Positions 36,507-49,243 of a stretch of 64,000 nucleotides of DNA are shown here, piece by piece. Position 1 is the stretch's first letter; each line of letters begins with the position of its first letter. The notes under the pieces were generated by a model. It saw only the letters and a program-made list of their open reading frames with translations. It made no database searches and was not told the DNA's origin. A program made the translations under genes and the position numbers. Source of the DNA: Oopsacas minuta (taxonomy: Eukaryota; Animalia; Porifera); the NCBI GenBank assembly GCA_024704765.1, contig JAKMXF010000339.1, forward strand, positions 1-64,000, read 5' to 3'.

Positions 36507-39350
36507 ATGCCCAACAGGTGTTCTGCCCCCGATGCCGGAGTAATTACGCAGGAGAACCTTATATTCCAGTATTTAAGCTGCCAAATGGTCCACCTGATCT
36601 TGTCAATGGTTGGCTCGAGCGCTCTGTAGAGAAGGTATCAGAGACTTAAAGAATGTGTTTATGTGCTCAAAACATTTCCTCGACAAAGAAATTCATACCA
36701 GTTTTCTATCCATCAACCAGATGGAACATACTTAGAAGTACCAGCTAAGCCTAAATTGCAGAAGGATGCAGTGTCAAGATTTCTACCTGGATGTCCACTT
36801 CATCTCTCTTCATCATCTGACACCATACCTCCGAGATTTGATAGATCTTTGAGAGAACAGCGTTTGATTGATACTGCAATAAATGAGAGTCTATTACAGT
36901 ATAATCAAGACAAAGAACTTTTTCAGATTACCACACTGGAAGACTTGGTATCCAAAACGAAGCACTCGGGTTTGCCTAATCATTGGTTAGTTTGGTCTTC
37001 TGATGATAATTCCTTTAACTTACTCAAAGCTTCTATAACGAATAACAAGTGTGATTGCAATTAGATGCTCGATAACTATTACCGAAACATTACATACTAT
37101 GAGTTTTCACGAAGGTATACGCATTCCTCTTTCTCTCACTCAGATAAATGATATTCGTCAACTTAACGATCTGCTTAAGAAATTGAAAACCATTCTGCCC
37201 CTACTAATTCTCCTGACACATTCCAACACCATGTCAGAGAAGCAACCGGAAGCATTCGTAAAGCTATTGACTCCATTTCAACTGGAGGAGAATCTGGAAA
37301 CCAACAGCCTCTATTATCAAGTCTTCAGTTTATTCTATGCCAATTTGATAACGCTTTGATCGCGAAAACTATGAGGTGATACAACATCGAAACTCTTATC
37401 TTGTCCCTCAAATGCCAGCTTATCTCGCCAGTTTGTTATAGATATCTTCAATCCCTGGACTGTCTATCATTGCCGCACCTTTCTACTCTAAAGCGCTTAT
37501 ATTCCAATTTTGGTTTGGATTCTGACTTTACCAACTATCTCAAACAAACAGTCACTCAGTTTAACAAATGGGAACGAAATGTAGTGACTCAGATGGATGA
37601 AATTCATGTAAATCCACATTTACATCCAAAGAGGTAAGATTATTAGATCTTATTTGAGTCCTACTGATCCTGCAAACCCTTTTTGCCTTCATGATATCAA
37701 GTTTGTCCAAACTACGGTTCAGTATTGTCCGTTTACTGCCCTGTTCCAGCTCATCAGCTGAGGTACTCTTTCCTATCATCAAAGATGTTATTCGTGATGT
37801 TGAAGCATGTGGACTCTCTGGACACATTTTATGTACTGATAATTACCCAATGAACGTTAACACTTTCAAGTTATTTCCTTCCAGCCGACTTCTAGAGCAT
37901 ATTGTTCCTCACCCTATGGACTCAAACCGGCCATTGTTTTTGCTTTTTGACCTCGTTCATGTAATCAAATCGATATGTAATAACTGGCTAAACCAAAAAG
38001 ATTATAATAAAACATCCACTTATCCAGATTTTGAGAACATACAAGTTGCGAGCACTGCAGTTTTCGAAGAAATTCGCAAATTATATAAAAGTGACCAACA
38101 CTGTGTTGCTAAATTAGCTCCAAGATTAACCTCTAAAGGTGGTTGGCCTTCCACTTTAGAACGACAAAATGTTTCTTTAGCTTTAAGGATATTTGATGAA
38201 TCTACAGCCGCTGCATTAAACGTTAGCCACCAATCGCGATACCACACTTCTACAAATTCACAGACTGTAGACTTTATTGCCATTATTTGTAATGTTTGGA
38301 AGATATTCAACATCAATACTCCGGACAAGGATATCCTTCACAAAGATGAATTTTCAGTTCCACTTACCTACAATGATACCAGATTTATGTTCCTTCAACG
38401 TGTAGTTGATTGAGCTGAATGTTGGCGAGTCATGCCTGACAAAAGAGGTAAATTAAGTCCTCAAACCTTTACAAGTTTCCGTCACTCTTGTATTGCACTC
38501 CCGTGCATTGTAAACCATCTGACTGGAAATTGTGGCTATTCGTACGTCCTTTCTTCGTTCTTGCAAAATGATCCACTTGAGCATCATTTTGGCTTGTATA
38601 GGATGATGTCAGGAGCACAATACCACATTAGCTATTGCCAGGTCCTTGAAACAGAACGGAGAATAAAGTTGTCCAGCATACTCAAATTATTTCCGAAAAA
38701 GCCTGTAGAAGATAGCATATCACTTAAGAACTTCTTAGAATCGTGCTCATCCTCTTGTGACCAAGACTCCCATGCGTCTTTCAGCTTGGAGATGTATCTC
38801 TCGGCGATTCAGGGATATTCAGGGATAGAATTAAACAAGCAAATACTCCAATCACTCTCCTTTATAGCAGGCTACTCAGTGCATGCCTATTACAAACATT
38901 CTACTAAATGTCAATTATGTCTCTTATTCTTCACTGAAAACAAAGAAATGGAAATTGAAGAACCTTCAGATTCTTAATATCGATTAATTCAGATAATCGA
39001 CCGAGGCTCACTAAAATGGCCAAGTAGTGATGTCATAGATGCAATTATTACGCTATGGAAATTATTTTTCTATCGAGAGTCAACCAAGCATATTCAATAA
39101 CTTCATAACCGGTCCTTCTAGAAGTATCCTGATACAGTTGACAACAAGTCTTATAGAAGATGAACAAGCTGAAGTATGGAGAGTGATGTGTGACGAATGT
39201 GGTACACTCATGTGTGATGTATTAGCTAAACTATTGACCGCTACTTCAAACTGTCTTATATCAAATAAGATTAAGAACATGAATTCCCAGCTACCCTTGA
39301 AACCGTCTGTCGAAAATACTCAAAATTAAAGAAATTGAAGCCTAATTAAG
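36507..39350 (+). pseudogene. P-element/THAP9-like transposase pseudogene
   Basis: THAP domain MPNRCSAP.CRSNY...VFKLP...W...CSKHF...LQKDAV. Core motifs QMDEIHV, CTDNYPMN, FDLVHVIKSICNNW and QNDPLEHHFGLYR. Multiple frameshifts. Confidence 0.92.
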
Positions 39351-39516
39351 TTATCACATACCACTCTCATAACGTACCTTTATTATTTTGTACAATTATC
39401 AGGCACATACTATTTGAAATATGCTTTGTATTAAACCCAATAATATTTTCTCTCATGGATTCATATTTTAGTTAATTTTCTCTAATTATAACATTTATTG
39501 TAAAAATAAGGACTTA

Positions 39517-40822
39517 CGAAGGGCACTCGAAAAGATTTCACGTTGACCGACATATCAGATAATAATAATAAAATTGACTATTACATTTTCAAAATAATCT
39601 TCCTGACAATCTGTACATTTTTTCATTCTGGTAAACCAATTATCAAAACACTTTTCCACTCTTCTTTGGGTATGTCTCCGATCGCTTGGAAAAGTGCCCT
39701 TCTCAACTCCTCATTAGTCGAAAATCTCCTCACACGTAATTGATCTTTGAGTCTATGGAACAACCAGAAGTCGCAAGGGGCTAAATCAGGACTGTAGGGT
39801 GGGTGAGGTAATGTTTTGAGTCCAGAATTTTTTAATAACTCACGAGTTCTGATTGCCGTATACGATGATGCATTATCATGATGAAGAAGAATTCCTCTAA
39901 TGCCTGTCTTCTCCCGCTGTGACTCAATTGCTGTGATGACTTTGGGTAGGCACACTGTAGTGTACCAGTCGGCAGTAACAGTCTTTCTATCCTCGAGAGC
40001 AACAGTTTCGACAAACCCACTAGATCTGAAAAAAATCGCCCACATTTGTTTCCCAAGAGATCTCGCCCTCCGCACTTTGGTTGGAGGTGGGGCATCTTCT
40101 TCAACCCACTCCTTTGACATTCGCTTTGTTTCTGGATCATAATGGTATATCCATGTCTCATCACCTATAAGGATCACAGAAACAGCTCTTGAACTTCCAT
40201 TAACAAACCTTTTGAGCATAATTTTGAAAAGTCTATGCGGGATAATTTTTGCTGAAAGTTCAAAGAATGGGGGATCCATCGGACACACAACTTCCTGACA
40301 CAAAGCTCCTTGTGCAAAATGATATTAATTGTCCCCGATAATTACTCGGTTTCATAATCTAACTGAACGTACGTAATATGAGGATCTTTAGTAGTTAGAT
40401 CTAGCATTTCGTTAACATTATCATCATTATGTGAAATATTCGGTCTTCCTGAACGAGGGGCATCTTCAAGAACAAAGTTTCCGTGAATAATTTCCCTGTA
40501 CCATCGTTCAACTGTACTTAGAGAAAGAACTAGATCCGGGTAATGTTCCTGTAAATATTCATAGATTTCTACTCTTGTCCTCTGTAGTTTGAATAAGATC
40601 AATATCATTGCTCGAAAATCACGTTTTGTGAGATCTGATTTAGATTGAGATATGTTAGAAGCCATGTATACTAAAATTATCTAATTTATGAAAGTAGAAG
40701 AGATAAATGAATGAAAATTTCAAAGTAGAGTAATAAAATAAGTCTGAAAAGATGGATGCAGAAAAATATCCGACAGGTTGATGGTTCCATATCAAACGGC
40801 AAAAGTTTTCGAGTGCCCCTCG
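39517..40822 (-). mobile_element. Mariner (DD34D) element nested at the inner edge of the P element's right TIR
   Basis: TIRs CGA(A/G)GGGCACTCGAAAA with TA at 39515-16 and 40823-24. GDETWIY and HDNASS...SPDLAPCD with D-x34-D. The ORF is broken into 40342-40665 and 39623-40303. Confidence 0.93.
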
Positions 40823-43800
40823 TAAATGCATCTATGGTCTTCAAAATCGCTTAAGAACAATTTTAAGTTCACGATTTGGGTGAATAACATCAAATACATA
40901 ATTATTTGAAATAAAATTTAATGGACTTAAACGACATCCATGGTCCAAAAGATCGCACTAGTGAACAGGCCTTATTATCACGTAGGTCACGGGTAGATTT
41001 ATCAATTGGAACTATTCATTCGATCATTCATGACTATCTTGGGTTCAAGAAATACAAAGCAAAGTGGATACCAAAAACCTTATCTGAAGATCAAATGATG
41101 GCTAGACTGGAAATTAGCAAAAGCATGGTTGATTTGTATATGTCTGACCCAGAAGATTCCATGCGAGACTGATTACAGAAGATGAAACCTGGATATACTG
41201 CCATGACCCTTGCACTGTTAGCGGGGCTGCGGAATGGGGGCATGAAGATTCTCCAAAGCCCAAAGTACCCCGACTTGGTCACTGTCCAATGTCTAAGTCA
41301 AAGCTGATGCTATCAATATTCTGGGAAAAGCGAAGGGGACATGTTGCTTAATATTTCCCGAATGTAGAACGATAAATGTAATTTCGGGGCACTTTCTCAG
41401 GTGGCATTCGATTGCCGAATCTTGTTCATGAATGCGATGGAATAAGGAGCGCTTAATCCTCTGAGCATATCAGAGTTCCTAACATTACCTATCTGTCATA
41501 ATATACCGAGCTCCTAGTTGATATAATTCGGATTACCCAATTACCGCGAGTTATGTTTGTGCAATGGTTCAGAGTGTATAGTTACTGGACAATTCCGACT
41601 GACAAATCTTTCCGATGAACTTAGCATAAATAGGATCAAATACCACTATCTATGTCATAATACTAAATTATACATCTGAAGTGAATATATCTAACAGAAA
41701 CAACCATTAATATCATGTTGGCAAGAAAGATATGTGGAAATAGCAAGGGAAATAACAAGCCACAAAGACTGATACCGTAATATTTAGTTAAAATGTCATT
41801 TTAGAGGCATACATTAGCATAACTAGCCTTAATTTGTCGATTAGAACTAGTTATGCAACTATATGCATTCTAAAGATAATTAAATACAGTCGAAATGTTT
41901 TTGCCAACCTAAAATGCCAAGACAAAATCAGTAAATCCATGAAGAAAAATACCCACTAAACCACAATATGCGTAGAAGAAGAAACCCTCAGTCTTTCCTT
42001 CATCGAATTAGTCTATGTAGTACAGAGAGAACAAATAATAATACTTTAAATATAACAACCAACAATTGTCAATGTTTAATCATTTGACAAAATAAAAATT
42101 GCAATTAAAATCGGGAATTTTGATCACTTGACACAAGGAAAAGGGCAAGAAACAAAGAGTCAAATTAACCTGAAATAAAATCCATTAAAGCTGCACATTT
42201 TTACATGATCAAGATAGAAAAAAGCATTACTTTTGTATTTCAATAGTACTAAGGAGAAACAAGCACTTGCACGGGCCAAATAACCCAGGGAGGCAATAAT
42301 ACCCGGCGGCAAAAACCTGATCTCTACTGTAGATCACAAAAACTGAATAAGCAGTAAATATTCAAATAATAATCATTCTAAACTGTGTCGCACGGGAAAT
42401 GATGCCTTAAATGGAAGCCATCCGTTAACTTTAACAGTATTTGATTTCCTTTGAGGTTCAAGTTACAGGATCGAAACTGTGTATTGAAAGTTTTGTGTGC
42501 GTATAAAATATATAAGAAAACAGCAATAACACAGTAATTAGTAACCATATACTGCGGATTGGTGCCAACTTGTCCGAACTACAGACGTCAAAGTCAAATA
42601 ATAAGCAAAGAAATAAAATGTTTATATTTAATGCCATCTTTATAATATGAAATCTCGGCGGATATAATATATCAGTAGTGTCGGAGACGTCGTAAGTGTC
42701 TCAGAAATAAGTCCAAAAATGTTTATGTTGCAGTTCTCAGAATGTTTTTCACTTATGAATGATCCTCGAGCAGTAAATCAAATATGAAAATATTAGACTT
42801 TTCATGATTTTAATAATTTTCAAAATTAAAGAATACTATTTTGGAACTTTAATAATAGATTCTGGAAATTAGCATTTGGTACAGGACTACAGGAGAATAC
42901 AAACATAGATGATATGGATCAGTGAAAAATCGGCAAAATTATAGGACTTTTTCTACGAAAGGTTATTGATTCTGAAAAGTGAAAATTGGAAAAAATTCGA
43001 TAAGCTATTGATAAATTGCTTCATTACCCTGTCGATACTATTTACCGAATATATACTGATATTTGGTCAGTACATTGGAACCTCCATAAACCGACAGTTT
43101 TCTGATCTTAGTAGCTTCCGAAAATACAAATTCACCTATATAATCCGACAAAATTTCATGTCTCAACGACTGTAGGTTAATGCCGGTTCAACCGTAACTG
43201 GATATCAACTGTTCGCAAATATTATCTTCTGTTGAACCAATTATTTAACAACGGAATTATGTTGCGACCTTGAAAATGTTCTTTAAAATATTAGCCATAT
43301 ATTGATGAATGGGCTGTACCCCTTCGTGAACATGATGTACATCTAAACTTATGATTAATTAATCTCTTTGTGGCATTGAAAGTTTGGGGGACCCTAGGCG
43401 CAAAGAGAAAGAAGCTACTGTTACCACAATAGAGGTGACCTAATTTGACTACCGGCCAAACTATTTAATCACCAGTCAGTCAGAATAACAACATGATTTT
43501 GTTTACCGACGAGTTGGTTGAATAATTATATCTCTATTAAATTCAAGGAGATATAAACTTCATGTATGGATTTGTAATCTTTAGAACTAGCGAGGGTGTA
43601 GTTGCACTATATTTCAAATTCAAATTAGTTGATTTGAACATTGATGATGATCTCAGATCATTTTCCAAAATTTAACATTAAGATAATATTTTCAAAAATA
43701 TGGGTCGTACTAATTAATTTTTACATTTCAATAGGTAGATCAAATGCACAAAGCCTATCGTTATATGGCTAAGAAACCGTGATTTTCCAGAAAATATTTG

Positions 43801-44652
43801 ATAATTATTAAGAGAATACCCGCAGACTTAGCTCAAAACCCAACGTTTTTAGTAACTTGGCCCCTCATATACAATTGCACTAAAGTTAAAATATATTCTT
43901 GTACAGTAGAAAGCAGATTTTTTCTGAATCATCAGGTGTTTCGAAGAATATGGGATTTACATATATTTCCATCGATATATTTTTACTATCCAATTCTTTA
44001 CTGTGTCGACTATACTGTGTCATCGTATGCCATAATTGAAATCACTGCTTATCGAACAATTATTATTATTATTATTAATTTCCTCCTTCTGCTATGTACA
44101 ACAAAAGCCATAATCAATTAAGAGCTGGAACTTATAGGGATCCGATACTGTCGGGCGCGTGCATATACGCTTTAGAAGTAAGTCTGTGAAAATCTGCCAC
44201 TTTTGTGCCAATTTATACCTTTCGGCTGAAATTGTACTAGAGACCGTTCAAAGGTTACATAACGCTATAAAAGGTGTGGGGTCGTATAAGAAGTGTGACC
44301 GATCCATTCCTTTAGTATTATCAAAATGTGAAAAATCGTGACACTGGAAGGGGAGGGGTCAAAACTTAGGGAGTTTTGGGTTGCATGACATTTGAACAGT
44401 CCCCTAGGCTTATAGTATGTAGCATACTAGGTGCAAAATCGTGTTAGGAGGTATTATAGGATTTAAGATTATATAAAATAATTCAATGATACTTAGTACA
44501 TATCATGGTCATGAAACTAAACTAACCAAAACAAGACACAATCTGCATAACGTCATTGACCACAAAATTTGAAACACAGAAAACTCAATAACGATCGCAG
44601 CTAGAGCAATACTTCTAATTGATGAAGTGTAGTATGTGTGGGACGGAACATT

Positions 44653-44867
44653 GGCCGCCATGACAATGCAATTTTAGAAAATGAGATCAAAAATTATAAG
44701 AAACATTAGAGTTTAGAATTAATCACTAAAAATTAGTATATATTCGCTATGTCAACATGACTTCACGAATTCCTAGTGCTTATAACTCCGTTGCTAAAAG
44801 AGATTTAATAATCATTACGATTGATTAATGTTAAATAGAATACATTTCCATGGTAATAGTGACGTCA
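44653..44867 (-). promoter_or_regulatory. Possible promoter-like motif cluster
   Basis: TGACGTCA (44860-67), X-box-like ATTTCCATGGTAAT (44844-57) and ATGGCGGCC (minus strand, 44661-44653). Motif matches only; no expression evidence. Confidence 0.25.
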
Positions 44868-45120
44868 ATATAGTGGTAGCGATGACAAAAACAAGTGTTC
44901 ATACACAATTTATAATAAACTTGCGAGCGAGACTTAACTGTAGACTAAACCATCGGCACAGATTGTAATCTTGTCCTACTATATTTGCCTGTAAAAAGGT
45001 AGTTAGAAAAAAGGCGTTACGTATGTATATCAGATTTCAGAAGAATCATAATATTCGGGTAAAAAGATAAAAAGAGGTTTGTTATAAAAGTCAGATATTA
45101 TACAAGTGTCAATGATCAAT

Positions 45121-47043
45121 TTAATCTGTATCTTCAAGCTCTGGAGGTGCACTCATAGGGAGTGGGGGAGGAGATAGATCTTTCTTTTCAAAAATGTCAT
45201 TACATCTGCTATTAAAAGGTATAGTTTGGAGGGAGTAATATGGTGGAGAAGGTCGGTTGGGTAGTTCGTAATCTGGGTAACAATCAAATAATTCTATGGA
45301 CCGAGCAGAACGAATTTCAATACTTCCGTCACAAATAGATACAGATTGTTTGCTCAATTGTTCATCATCATCTTGTGTAAATGTAGAAGAGTCAGTTATG
45401 TCTGGAGGAAGGTTAGTCGATTCGATTGAAGTTTCTAACCCCGAATCTTGGTGCAGAACCTCATTTGTACAATCGGCCTCTGATAATCTAGTTTTTGTTT
45501 CATTGGATACTACTTGAAAGTGGTCACAAATTGAATTTGAATCTAAATGCTCATCAGTAGCTTCCGAGTGATCGAGTTGCGACTCTAGAGTGCGATCTAT
45601 GGTAAATGGTAGTCCGATGACTACATTAGAGTGAGGGATTGAAGCAGGAATTAGATTCTGAAACTGATTCAGATTTGGGTCTGAATCAGTAAAAATCCTG
45701 ACTGGATCAAATTGAGAAAAAATTGATTCATGCAGTGAAAGTTGAAGTTTAACATCATCTGCCACCTGCACGTTCTCAATTTGTGATTGAGCCTCGGAAG
45801 TAATAGCGTTATTGGAGTTCTTACTTTTATTAGCATCAAACAATAAAAAATTCGTTCCCTTTTCTAAATCTATTGAATTTAGCCTGTCATGATCGTATGA
45901 TGTTGGCGGGACTTCCTCAATTTTAGATTCATTACACTCCTGTACTTCATTAATCTCAATGCTGAGGCCGGGATACGAATACCTTTCTGCAAACATACTT
46001 GGGGGTCTTTGTAGAATTTCGTTGGTAGAAAATGATGACACCTCCGCTCTAGGTGGAGCTTCTGGAATGATACTGTGTTCCGAGTAATTGTTGAATTTGC
46101 TTGTTCTGTTTCTTTTCCTCGCAACTGGTTGGTAAGGGATCGGTTCGCTCACTGGAACGACTATTTCTTCCTGAAATATTTGTTGTAGGGGCACAGATCC
46201 GGTGGGAAGTGGATTTGTTCTCGAAAATACAGAAATATTACTAAATTCTATTTGATCATTTATTAGGTCAGCATTATTGTCTAATTCATTAAATCTAACA
46301 GCTGTAGGTATCGGAGGAGGGGGTCTAAGAACTATTATATCCTCTTCTGATGAAGGTTCAGAGTTGAATTCATCGCTGGGTGTAGGAATACAAGGTGAAA
46401 TTCGAATTTGAGCATCAATATCTGTAGTAGGAGCCAAAGAAGTTACTGAATATTCTTCTATTTTCTCATCATTATTCGATAGTGCGGAGTCTAATTCAAA
46501 CAAGTCCGATGATATATGATATTTCTCAAACGGATCAAAAGCTTTTGTAAATTCATCAAATTTCGAATGTACAGGTTGATCATCCACATGTGTAGTTATA
46601 TACAATTTTCTCTTAGAAAATTCGTCATTCGAGGGTGAGGCAAGGTTATGTTCACGTGAATATCGATGATCGTATTTAGAATGACAAGAATGTGTACTAA
46701 GAAGAGTATCACTACGAGCTCTTAAAGAACTATCATTTGTACTCCTGGGAATAATTACACTAGAAAATGTTGATAAACTTTCTGCACCATTATCAGAGCA
46801 TATAGGACTAGGAGGAGTATTCAAAAGATTAGTTAAACGTTCAAAGCTAATTTGAGGAGACTTGAAAAGTGGGGGTGGGGGAATCCCTGTTGGTGAATTT
46901 GGAAATACCAAACTATTTTGAGTTTCCTCGGGGTTACCAGAATTAAAATCGACATTAATGGCAGGAGTATTTGAATTGACGCAAGATAAAGGATCATTTT
47001 CTCTATCCCAGAATTTATCGGTGTCATCATGAGGGACATCTGA
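45121..47043 (-). CDS. Terminal coding exon (640 codons) of an unidentified host gene; Ser/Pro/Glu-rich, probably disordered
   Basis: The frame is open from 47043 to TAA at 45121; the ORF-track start at 46911 is a TTG. A pyrimidine tract plus TAG acceptor (ctttccttctattatag|) lies immediately upstream. No disruptions and no transposase motifs. Contains PPPPLF, RPPPPIP, PPPLP and FDPF. Confidence 0.8.
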   Translation of the reverse strand, partial: SDVPHDDTDKFWDRENDPLSCVNSNTPAINVDFNSGNPEETQNSLVFPNSPTGIPPPPLFKSPQISFERLTNLLNTPPSPICSDNGAESLSTFSSVIIPRSTNDSSLRARSDTLLSTHSCHSKYDHRYSREHNLASPSNDEFSKRKLYITTHVDDQPVHSKFDEFTKAFDPFEKYHISSDLFELDSALSNNDEKIEEYSVTSLAPTTDIDAQIRISPCIPTPSDEFNSEPSSEEDIIVLRPPPPIPTAVRFNELDNNADLINDQIEFSNISVFSRTNPLPTGSVPLQQIFQEEIVVPVSEPIPYQPVARKRNRTSKFNNYSEHSIIPEAPPRAEVSSFSTNEILQRPPSMFAERYSYPGLSIEINEVQECNESKIEEVPPTSYDHDRLNSIDLEKGTNFLLFDANKSKNSNNAITSEAQSQIENVQVADDVKLQLSLHESIFSQFDPVRIFTDSDPNLNQFQNLIPASIPHSNVVIGLPFTIDRTLESQLDHSEATDEHLDSNSICDHFQVVSNETKTRLSEADCTNEVLHQDSGLETSIESTNLPPDITDSSTFTQDDDEQLSKQSVSICDGSIEIRSARSIELFDCYPDYELPNRPSPPYYSLQTIPFNSRCNDIFEKKDLSPPPLPMSAPPELEDTD

Positions 47044-49243
47044 CTATAATAGAAGGAAAGAATAATATACTACAATCGTAAAAGTGAAATTGTCAAGATT
47101 AATAGCTTGCAAAACATTTTGTCAATATCTAGAAATGACATGGCAATATCCTTACTCTGGTTTCGAGCTATACATTTACTTAAATATATTCTGAGACGAC
47201 TGAGAATAGCAGATCTAGTTTTCACTCAATGATTGAATTATATTCAAGAGGAGAACCATCGCATTGCCTCAGCAAAGATTTATAGCCACACTTCTCTCAG
47301 TAAAATAGCTAATGAACTAATTAAATATTCAATTACACATTGCATAGAATTCAAACGGAGATGGAACATTTCTGATACCATATTGCATTCTACGGGTGAG
47401 AATTACCAAGTACTGAGTTATTCAGGAGCGCAAAGCGCTCCTTTAGGCGTATAAAATTTTTAGAGCCGTTACATGAAGCAGACACATCCGACAAAGTGAC
47501 GGAAGAAATGATTGATTGTAGGTGAATCAAATCAACCAAGGAAGAGTCTATATATGAGGTATCGACGAAATCGTGAGAGTATAAACATAGAAACTTCGAA
47601 GGTGTGGAAATTGGGCAGTTCTGGTTTACGTATCCCTATCGTGAGAATTCGGTAACTTGGCTGATAGCTTAGAAATTCTGATAGCTTGAATACCATTGTT
47701 CAATGGCTAAGCAAAAATGAAAAATGCAGGAAATGACATTTTTTGGAGCTATTTTCTAACCCTTAGCACTTATTCAGGGAAATGCGGAATATTTAATAAA
47801 AATATCAAAATTCAAGAGCAATAGAAGAAATCTCCAAGAGATTTAGAATAAAATTATAATCAATAGAATGACAATTTCTCAAAAACCAAGGCAAATGAAG
47901 AGAAACTGAATAAATACACGGAATCAGCATAATCGAGAGCATTCAAGCAAAAATATTAGTTCAGCAAACAATTTGATGAAGAACAGTATTATTTGCCATT
48001 CATTCAGAATATAGATGTATGTATGCACCGGCTGCGGCGCGTCCCAAACAATCTATATTGGTTAAATTCGTCTAGCACATTATATCATATTTGAATTTAT
48101 ATATTTCGTATAATTTTATGAATTAACCAATTTTGCAGTTGATATGTCACAAAATAATTGAATAACTATAATCCGCCCGCATACATGCATGCTAAGCTGG
48201 ATATCAGGCGAAAGTAAACAAGTTTCTCATTATGTTGTAACATATCAGCGGGATAGTTGGATTATTCATACAATAAATAAATAACTATATCATATTTTGA
48301 TAAAAAATATGCTAGACGAAGAAATAGTTATTTAAATCGTACTATTAGCTAGCTAAACACTCTGTAGCTGAATTACATTGAGTCAATGGAGAAATAATTA
48401 GAATAAAGACAAAATTAGTTAGGTAGCCAAATCAGATGTCGAGAGATAGAGCTGAAACATCTTCAAACTAACAGTGCCAATATATCAAATAACCAGATTA
48501 TGGCATGTTCCCAAAATAATGTTCGTAAAATACAAGTTTGTATGAGTCGGCATGACAATATTTGGGTATTAATAATGGTAATTTAAGATTCAATAAATAA
48601 ATTGCCTTAGTTTGGCATTGACATCTAAATTGGTTATAGAAATTACTAATAATCAAAGATAACCTTGTCTCAACGTTTGAAATCAAATATTACATCTCAA
48701 TTCTATTAAATTGTCACATCAGAACAAAGAAATCCATAGGGTGTTCTAAATGGATTTAGTAGATTTTTTGATTACTGAGTATCATACCCAGGAAACCTTT
48801 GAGATTGACTGAGAAATGAAAACATGCAAAGTATGTTAACCGACTTGATTACTCTAAGAGACCCCACAAAGAAGTCAAATTTAAGAATAAGAAATATTAT
48901 TAATATTGGCTGTTATTATTTCGGTAGGGAACAACGACTCTGAAGTTAGAGCGGTATTCGACTAGGTTCACTTCTGAAAGATCAGTGTTAGATTTTTAAA
49001 AAATGTATAATTTCCCAAAGTTTTCCTTTTACCTAGTCACTGTTATTAAATGAGTAGTTTTCGTTCTTCATTAAATTACATGAATAAAGCATTTCTGAAA
49101 ATCCACACCTAAGTTCAATATTATTTCATATCTATGGATAGAATTGTCTCAAATTTTATAGACTTTTCTTTTCTAAATGCTAAAATGTGAAATGATCATC
49201 TGTAAAGATATTTGGGCAGCCTATTCTTTATATGACTCAAGGG

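Larger units (their letters stand above)
36070..40991 (+). mobile_element. P-superfamily (THAP-domain) element with ~170-bp TIRs and 7-bp TSD
   Basis: TSD GGTAAAT (36063-69) / GGTAGAT (40992-98). Termini CGTGACCTA...TAGGTCACG, with the inverted repeat spanning 36070-~36235 versus ~40825-40991. Confidence 0.92.
35602..41380 (+). mobile_element. Mariner element (own sequence 35602-36069 plus 40999-~41380) split by the P-type insertion; 3' end missing
   Basis: TA followed by CAGGGTGTTCAATAAGTTC at 35600. MNFENLENRVVIKF...DDPRSGRP. Rejoining gives NIANRVN|LSIGTIHSIIHDYLG..KAKWIPKTL, then ITEDETW. Confidence 0.85.

Noticed and set aside
1-41400. Uni-strand piRNA-cluster-like orientation bias (flamenco type)
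   Set aside because: Element orientations are about evenly split between strands (roughly 11 plus, 10 minus). A dual-strand cluster cannot be assessed from sequence alone.
6381-46124. Many short ORF-track entries antisense or out of frame to transposases and the host exon (e.g. 6381-6710, 8442-8750, 12455-12718, 38020-38328, 45296-45517)
   Set aside because: They are shadows of the real coding frames and carry no independent motifs.
48504-48530. GMFP, resembling the SH3 GxFPxNYV motif
   Set aside because: It lies on the opposite strand to the host gene and is followed by a stop one codon later.
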